A stretch of 64,000 nucleotides of DNA from Candidatus Latescibacterota bacterium (lineage in GTDB: Bacteria; Latescibacterota; UBA2968; UBA8231): positions 960,001 through 1,024,000 of the forward strand of contig OZ253462.1 in assembly GCA_965261395.1 (NCBI GenBank). Direction: 5' to 3'. Below, in pieces: positions 58,981-64,000 of the stretch (position 1 is its first letter; each line of letters starts with the position of its first letter). Both the position numbers and the translations under genes were made by a program. The notes beneath the pieces are model-generated. The model worked only from the letters and a program-made list of their open reading frames with translations, was not told where the DNA came from and did not search any database.

Positions 58981-60198
58981 CTAGTCAATGGCACCCCGGA
59001 ACAGCAATTTCCTCGCGGCCTCATTCTCAGACGCGAACAGAAGTGCCGCTGCGCTGTCGAGGTGTACGCCCGCCCGCCCGTCCGCTGCTGCTTGCTGGCG
59101 AAGCTGGTATAGGGCGATGGGCAGCCGCAGATCTTCTGGGCTGTACGGAAAGGTTTTGCCGGCCTGCTTTTTGCGGTAGTCCTGTAGCACTTCGAGATAG
59201 CGATAGCCGAATTCTGTCGTCGGCTCGATTATGGTGCCCTCGCCGAAATCGTTCCAAGTAACGATCTGGATCAGCGACGCGCGCTCCCCGGCGCGTTCTA
59301 GCGTCTCGTCAAAAACCGCACCCTCTTGGTCGTCTAGGTACCCGTAGCTTTCGCGCACACCGGCTTGCTCGTAGATGTCGTGGAACTTGGGGAACGCCGT
59401 GCCGACGCCGCCCTTCTCGTAGAGCTGGCTTAGATATGTACGCCAAGCGGCCGGAGGCACGACGCGGCCGTCGTGTACTGGAGGCCAGCCGAACACCCCA
59501 TCAGCTCCTTCTTGCAGTGAGTTCAGGGTGTAGAAGTACGGAGGTTGCGGCAAGCCCGAAAATAGCTCCTTCCACTCCGCCCCTTTGAAATACTGCGGGC
59601 CGAATACGAGAAGCAGGGGCCGACCCGCGATTTTGGCGTATTCGTCGGCGACAAACCAGTGGTCCTGCATCCAGCGCAAGACCTCCTGGCCGTGGCTAAG
59701 GGCTTGGTTTTCGCGGATAATCCCGCCGTTGACGAGGTGCTTTACCGTTTGGTCTTCGTAACAAATGGCAAAGCTCAATCCGGCCTTTTTGATGTAGGTG
59801 ATTAGGTGGTTTGTATTGCGGTGGATCGCGGCGTAATCGTAGTGATCTTTGGTGCCGTACCAGTCGATGATCGCGCCGCCAATGCCCGCGAATTTCATAA
59901 GCAATACATGACATTCCAATGCGTGTGGATCGTTTGAATCGTACGGCCCGATCAATGGGTAGTAATGAGAGGCTATTTCGCGGCGGCCATCGTCGGCGAT
60001 GGTGTCGGGATCAAAGTGATTCATCGTCCAGTGCCAGCCCCACTCGCCGCTGACCGGTTTCGACGCATACCAGGGCATGTAGTGGACCATTATTTGGGGG
60101 CTTGCCGCAGACAGCGGCTGAATGTCCGGATCAACGAGGCTTTTGACGCAGGAGTACAGCGACACACAGCAGAAGGCGATGAGCGGGAGGCGTTTCAT
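58981..60198 (-). CDS. GH99/GH71-like glycoside hydrolase, probable lipoprotein
   Basis: Lipobox-like LYSC; HYMPWY, HW, IASHYYPLIGPYDSND, TWNDFGEGTIIEP. Confidence 0.75.
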   Translation of the reverse strand: MKRLPLIAFCCVSLYSCVKSLVDPDIQPLSAASPQIMVHYMPWYASKPVSGEWGWHWTMNHFDPDTIADDGRREIASHYYPLIGPYDSNDPHALECHVLLMKFAGIGGAIIDWYGTKDHYDYAAIHRNTNHLITYIKKAGLSFAICYEDQTVKHLVNGGIIRENQALSHGQEVLRWMQDHWFVADEYAKIAGRPLLLVFGPQYFKGAEWKELFSGLPQPPYFYTLNSLQEGADGVFGWPPVHDGRVVPPAAWRTYLSQLYEKGGVGTAFPKFHDIYEQAGVRESYGYLDDQEGAVFDETLERAGERASLIQIVTWNDFGEGTIIEPTTEFGYRYLEVLQDYRKKQAGKTFPYSPEDLRLPIALYQLRQQAAADGRAGVHLDSAAALLFASENEAARKLLFRGAID

Positions 60199-60210
60199 TC
60201 AATAATTATC

Positions 60211-60247
60211 CGCAGATGGACGCAGATGGACGCACAAGACGATCTGC
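60211..60247. repeat. Short tandem repeat (CGCAGATGGA)x2 plus a partial copy and an inverted ATCTGC
   Basis: Direct inspection of the intergenic spacer. Confidence 0.5.
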
Positions 60248-60268
60248 ATCTCGAATCGTTCAAGTTAT

Positions 60269-63200
60269 TCAGTCTTCTCTGGGCAGCACGACGACAGAAT
60301 GTACCAGCTTGGTCTTCTCGTCGCCTTGGGCGAGGTGCACCACCAGTTTTTTGCGGCCGTTGTCCTCGCTGGCCGAGAGGTCGGCTTCCAAGCGATAGGT
60401 CTGGTCGTCTATTTGTTGCAACGGCAATGCCTCCGGGCCGCCCAGCGCAGCCAGATTAGCCGTTAGCTGAGCTGGCTCTGCGCCTGCTACCTGCCGCCGG
60501 AGGCGAATCGTCGAGCGCAGGGATAGCGTTGCGCCGGCGAACAAGGTGTCGGGCGGGGGATTTCCCCACGTGCCCTGGAGGGGGCTGGCCTCAATGCGGA
60601 AGATGGCTTGGGTGTTTTCGTCGCTGGTCATGTAGAGGCGGCCAGCCTCGTCAGTAGTCAGCCCAACGGGCTTACCCCACATGTTACTGGAATTAAAAGA
60701 GAAAAAACCGGAGAACAGACCCCTGCCGGGATCCTCGTCGGAGTCGGGCCGGAAGCCGGTGAGAAAATCGGCGACGCGGGCGTTGGAGCCGTCGGGTTCG
60801 GCAAAGAGTGCCATGACCTTGTAGCCGGGGTCGCTGCCCAAGGCACCCGCGCGGCAGGCGACAAACGCGGCGTGTTTGTACTGAGGGGGAAACTGGTCGT
60901 GCGTGTAGAAATGCAGCGCCATCAGCGCCAAGTGGGCGGGAACGAGGACGGCTGGAGGTTCCATGTTGGCGACCAACAGCGAATCGGCGCGAGTCAGTGG
61001 AAAGATCGACCTGCGGTAGGAGCGAATGGAGAAATCGGTCCAGACCCGGTCGGCATAAGCCAACGGCCAGCCATAGAAGCCGCCATCGCGGAGGGGGGTG
61101 ATCCACTCTGGCGGCAAGTCCCGTCCCTCGCGGTCGTGCCCAGTGTTGGCACCCCACAGCTCGCCGGTAATCGGGTGCAAGGTGAGGCCGATGGCATTGC
61201 GCAGGCCAGAGGCAAAGATCCGCCGACCCGTGCCGTCGGTGTTCATCTGGATGATCGCGGACCGTTCCGGGTCGTCTTCGCGGCAGATGTCGCAACCCGC
61301 GCCAACGTGGAAGTAGAGCTTGTCGTTGGATTCGTCGAAAACCAGCGTGTGCGTCACGTGTTCATAGGCTAGGCCCATAATGCCGGGTACTTCAGCGAAG
61401 ACGGTGCGCTCCTCGTAGAAGCCGTCCGCATTCCGGTCTTCGAGGCGGTAGATCGCATCGTCGTCAGCGACGAAGAGTGCGCCTTGGTAGAAGGCGATGC
61501 TGTGGGGCCAACGCAGGTCATCGGCGGCCTTGTACACGGTGTCGGCGCGGCCATCGCCGTCTTTGTCGGGCAAGGCCAACACCGTGCTTTGGCGGCCAGA
61601 GGCCGGGCTCCATGTATTGCCCCTCTGCGGCTTCATGTTGGCCACGTGTAGGACGCCTTGGTCGTCCCAGGCCATAAAGCGGGCTTTATCTACTTGGTCG
61701 GAAAAGAGTTTGACCTTAAAGCCGGGCGGGAGATTGAGCGTGCGATCGGGGAGCCCCTCAACAGGGGTTGGTTCGAGGTGGAGGTCAACCTTGGGCGTTA
61801 AGCGGATCTGATCGGGAGACTCCTCGCCGCGGAGCGTGGCGAGATACTCGTCGAACCCTTCGCGCGAGCCGTGCCGGCGCTCGTACAGCGCGACTAGGGC
61901 CGCCTGGCAGGGGTTGGTCCCCCAGGTTCGGACCTCGAGGCCGGCGATGTAGGCGTCCGCCGCCTTGTCGAGCCAAGTGCGGGCTGCCTCGACGGCGTCC
62001 CGAGCCTCGGCCTCGGTCGCCATGTGCTCGAACACCTGGCCTAAGTGATAGTGAGCACGGGTGTTTCTCTGCGAAAACTCCAGTGCCCGCTCGATCTCGT
62101 TGCGGCCTTCCTCGATACGGCCCGCTTTGTAGCTAGCCCACCCGAGGGCGTCGTGGACGAGACCCAAGTAGTAGTCTAGCCGACCCTCCCCCCATGCTTC
62201 CTCTTCGGCCCTATCGAGCATGGCTTGTATGACGCCCTGGGCGATTTCTGCCGCCTCCTCGGCGTACGGCGTGTCAGCCATCAAGATAAGGGCGCTGCAC
62301 GTTAGGCGCGGGTTGAGCCACTCCTCGTACCGGACCAAGTCGCGAACCGCCTCGGCGAGTTCCTCGGCCGGAACCGGATTCATGGCGCTTAGGGCACTGA
62401 AGAGCGCTCGGTACGCCCGCTCGCGGAAGCTATCGTCGTAGAGGGGTTTTTCGAGGAACTGATAGGCCGCGTCGCAGATGAGGCGAAGCTGATTTTGGTA
62501 CTCCGGCGCGTCCTTGCGACCGATGCGGTCCAACTCGGACTGTAATCGTCGGTATTCCTGTTGGAACTTCTCTTGGTGGATCCGCGACGCATGTCGGCCC
62601 GCGGGAGCCCGCGCCAGCAGCTTCGCCTCGAACGCCGCCGCCTGCTGTTCGTCCTCGAGTATGTTCCTATAAGCCGTGGTGAGCAGGGCGAGGCCACGTA
62701 CGGTCTCCGGCACGGCCTGCCGGTACTCGGCGATGCCGGCCTCGATAGCGGGGCGTCGCTCCTCGGCGGGGAGCTGATCCGTCTCGTTGAGAATCTGCCA
62801 GTGCAAATAGCGCACATCGGCGGAGCCCGGCGCGAGACGCACCGCCTCTTCGATCAGCGCGCGCGCCTCCTGCGGCTTCTCTTGGTATAGATATTCCGCG
62901 GCGCGAAAGTAGCCGCTGACGTGGTCGGGCCAACGCGCTCGAAGTGTGGCCAAGGTAGCGAGGCTCGTGTCCACATAGGCGGGATCCTCCAGCATGTACT
63001 GTGCCCTGTACTCGAGTTCCGCGCGGGCATGGAGGACCTCGGGATGCTGAAGTGTTGCCGCATCCACTGAGTCCAGAAATGCCATCCCCGCTTCCGCGTT
63101 TCTGAACCGAAGCGCCTGAAGATGTGCTGCGGCAAACTCCGGTCGGGGCTGCTGCATCCAGGCGCGCAGGCTGGACTCGGCCGCCTCCTCGGAATACTGC

Positions 63201-63538
63201 CAGTCCCCCAGAAACGCGAGTGCTTGCGCGTAGAGTCCCCACGGGTTGTCCGGCTCCCGTTCCAAGATCGCGTCAGCTTGCTCTTGGATCTCTCGGTGCC
63301 CGTACAACTGCCCGTGTAGCTGACGCGCGTAGAGTGCTCGCAGCTCAGCGTCCTCTGGCGCGCGGCTCGTCCATTCTCGGCCGAGTACGGCTCCCGCCTC
63401 GAACGTCCACAACCGATTGTGCGCGCGCAGTTCCGCTTTCGCCGCTTCCAGCTCTTGGGGCGAGTAGTGTTGCTCGGTTCCGCTCGCGGTGCAGACGCTC
63501 AACAGCAATCCGATGAGACTGCCGATCAAAGACTTCAT
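60269..63538 (-). CDS. Secreted TPR-repeat protein fused to a glucose/sorbosone dehydrogenase-like beta-propeller
   Basis: Signal peptide MKSLIGSL (start re-called at 63538); TPR motifs DALGWASYKAG, AHYHLGQVF; LPPGFKVKLF, ARFMAWD, GLRNAIGLTLHP, GFYGWP, GKPVGL. Confidence 0.8.
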   Translation of the reverse strand: MKSLIGSLIGLLLSVCTASGTEQHYSPQELEAAKAELRAHNRLWTFEAGAVLGREWTSRAPEDAELRALYARQLHGQLYGHREIQEQADAILEREPDNPWGLYAQALAFLGDWQYSEEAAESSLRAWMQQPRPEFAAAHLQALRFRNAEAGMAFLDSVDAATLQHPEVLHARAELEYRAQYMLEDPAYVDTSLATLATLRARWPDHVSGYFRAAEYLYQEKPQEARALIEEAVRLAPGSADVRYLHWQILNETDQLPAEERRPAIEAGIAEYRQAVPETVRGLALLTTAYRNILEDEQQAAAFEAKLLARAPAGRHASRIHQEKFQQEYRRLQSELDRIGRKDAPEYQNQLRLICDAAYQFLEKPLYDDSFRERAYRALFSALSAMNPVPAEELAEAVRDLVRYEEWLNPRLTCSALILMADTPYAEEAAEIAQGVIQAMLDRAEEEAWGEGRLDYYLGLVHDALGWASYKAGRIEEGRNEIERALEFSQRNTRAHYHLGQVFEHMATEAEARDAVEAARTWLDKAADAYIAGLEVRTWGTNPCQAALVALYERRHGSREGFDEYLATLRGEESPDQIRLTPKVDLHLEPTPVEGLPDRTLNLPPGFKVKLFSDQVDKARFMAWDDQGVLHVANMKPQRGNTWSPASGRQSTVLALPDKDGDGRADTVYKAADDLRWPHSIAFYQGALFVADDDAIYRLEDRNADGFYEERTVFAEVPGIMGLAYEHVTHTLVFDESNDKLYFHVGAGCDICREDDPERSAIIQMNTDGTGRRIFASGLRNAIGLTLHPITGELWGANTGHDREGRDLPPEWITPLRDGGFYGWPLAYADRVWTDFSIRSYRRSIFPLTRADSLLVANMEPPAVLVPAHLALMALHFYTHDQFPPQYKHAAFVACRAGALGSDPGYKVMALFAEPDGSNARVADFLTGFRPDSDEDPGRGLFSGFFSFNSSNMWGKPVGLTTDEAGRLYMTSDENTQAIFRIEASPLQGTWGNPPPDTLFAGATLSLRSTIRLRRQVAGAEPAQLTANLAALGGPEALPLQQIDDQTYRLEADLSASEDNGRKKLVVHLAQGDEKTKLVHSVVVLPRED

Positions 63539-63681
63539 GAGGCAAATACCTTTAGAAAGGGTTTTGAGACGGCTCTTCCCAGAGACGATGCGTGAGTAGG
63601 CTGGACAGACACGGAAACTCCGCTGGTTTGAGGTCGTGCTGTTCAAACATAAGGGAAACGGGATTTTGACGTTCAAACGCA

Positions 63682-63737
63682 TAAAAGCAAAAGCGGCGGA
63701 CGGCATTGGGTCAATTCGTCCGCCGCTTTTGCTTTTA
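63682..63737. terminator. Perfect 21-bp inverted repeat, likely bidirectional intrinsic terminator
   Basis: TAAAAGCAAAAGCGGCGGACG / CGTCCGCCGCTTTTGCTTTTA with a 14-nt loop and A/T tracts on both sides. Confidence 0.8.
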
Positions 63738-63832
63738 CAGCCCTAGTTAATCAGGGGTCAGTCGGCGTGGGAGTGATTGGAACCGGTGCTGTAGGACAAC
63801 CCCGGTGATCGTCCACGCCACGGGGCTGGCAT

Positions 63833-64000
63833 TTACGAGGTGGCGTTTGGTCGTTTTAACCCATATTTGCGCATGCGATACCGCAGCTTCTCCGGGCCTA
63901 TGCCCAACAACCGAGCCGCTCCTCGTGATCCATAGATCCGCCAGTTGGTGGCTTGGAGGGCCGCCAAAATTTGCCGCTTTTCGGCCTCTGGTAGTGTCAT
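63833..64000 (-). CDS. C-terminal Fis-type HTH of a sigma54-dependent (NtrC/FhlA-like) activator, partial
   Basis: Manual translation gives TLPEAEKRQILAALQATNWRIYGSRGAARLLGIGPEKLRYRMRKYGL; runs off the window. Confidence 0.8.
   Translation of the reverse strand: MTLPEAEKRQILAALQATNWRIYGSRGAARLLGIGPEKLRYRMRKYGLKRPNATS

Noticed and set aside
63539-63706. N-terminal extension of the TPR-dehydrogenase ORF
   Set aside because: It begins inside the terminator hairpin; the signal peptide starts at 63538.
1-64000. CRISPR array, rRNA, tRNA, integrase or transposase genes
   Set aside because: No regularly spaced repeats, RNA-gene signatures or recombinase motifs seen by eye; short RNAs could have been missed.

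Overview
High-GC bacterial window packed with about 50 catabolic and accessory genes. It includes tandem PQQ-dehydrogenase/ankyrin fusions, five intact PhyH-family and one TauD-family Fe/2OG dioxygenases, three Gfo/Idh/MocA oxidoreductases, a sulfatase and a sulfotransferase. It also carries a Lol-like ABC operon, fabV, a Hen1-Pnkp RNA-repair pair, an NfuA-like carrier, a hybrid kinase and an extracellular nuclease. This gene mix, plus a FlgD/T9SS-like C-terminal domain, suggests an FCB-group organism such as a Latescibacterota-like host-associated lineage (inference only). Two AT-rich foreign segments stand out. The first (15.6-20.0 kb) holds a truncated Dcm, an HNH nuclease, a MORC-type GHKL/histidine-kinase hybrid and a receiver-effector protein. 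The second (54.5-56.0 kb) is a PD-(D/E)XK-like nuclease plus Cys-rich Zn domain fused in frame to a host-like RNA polymerase omega (RpoZ)-like domain. Other oddities are a glycogenin-like GT8 fused in frame to an RRM protein that keeps its own SD/GTG start, a 194-bp MITE with perfect TIRs and a 10-bp target duplication, GTAG-type REPs, and adjacent genes collapsed by internal deletions. No rRNA, tRNA, CRISPR array or integrase was seen. All product calls come from motif recognition by eye, with no database searches.
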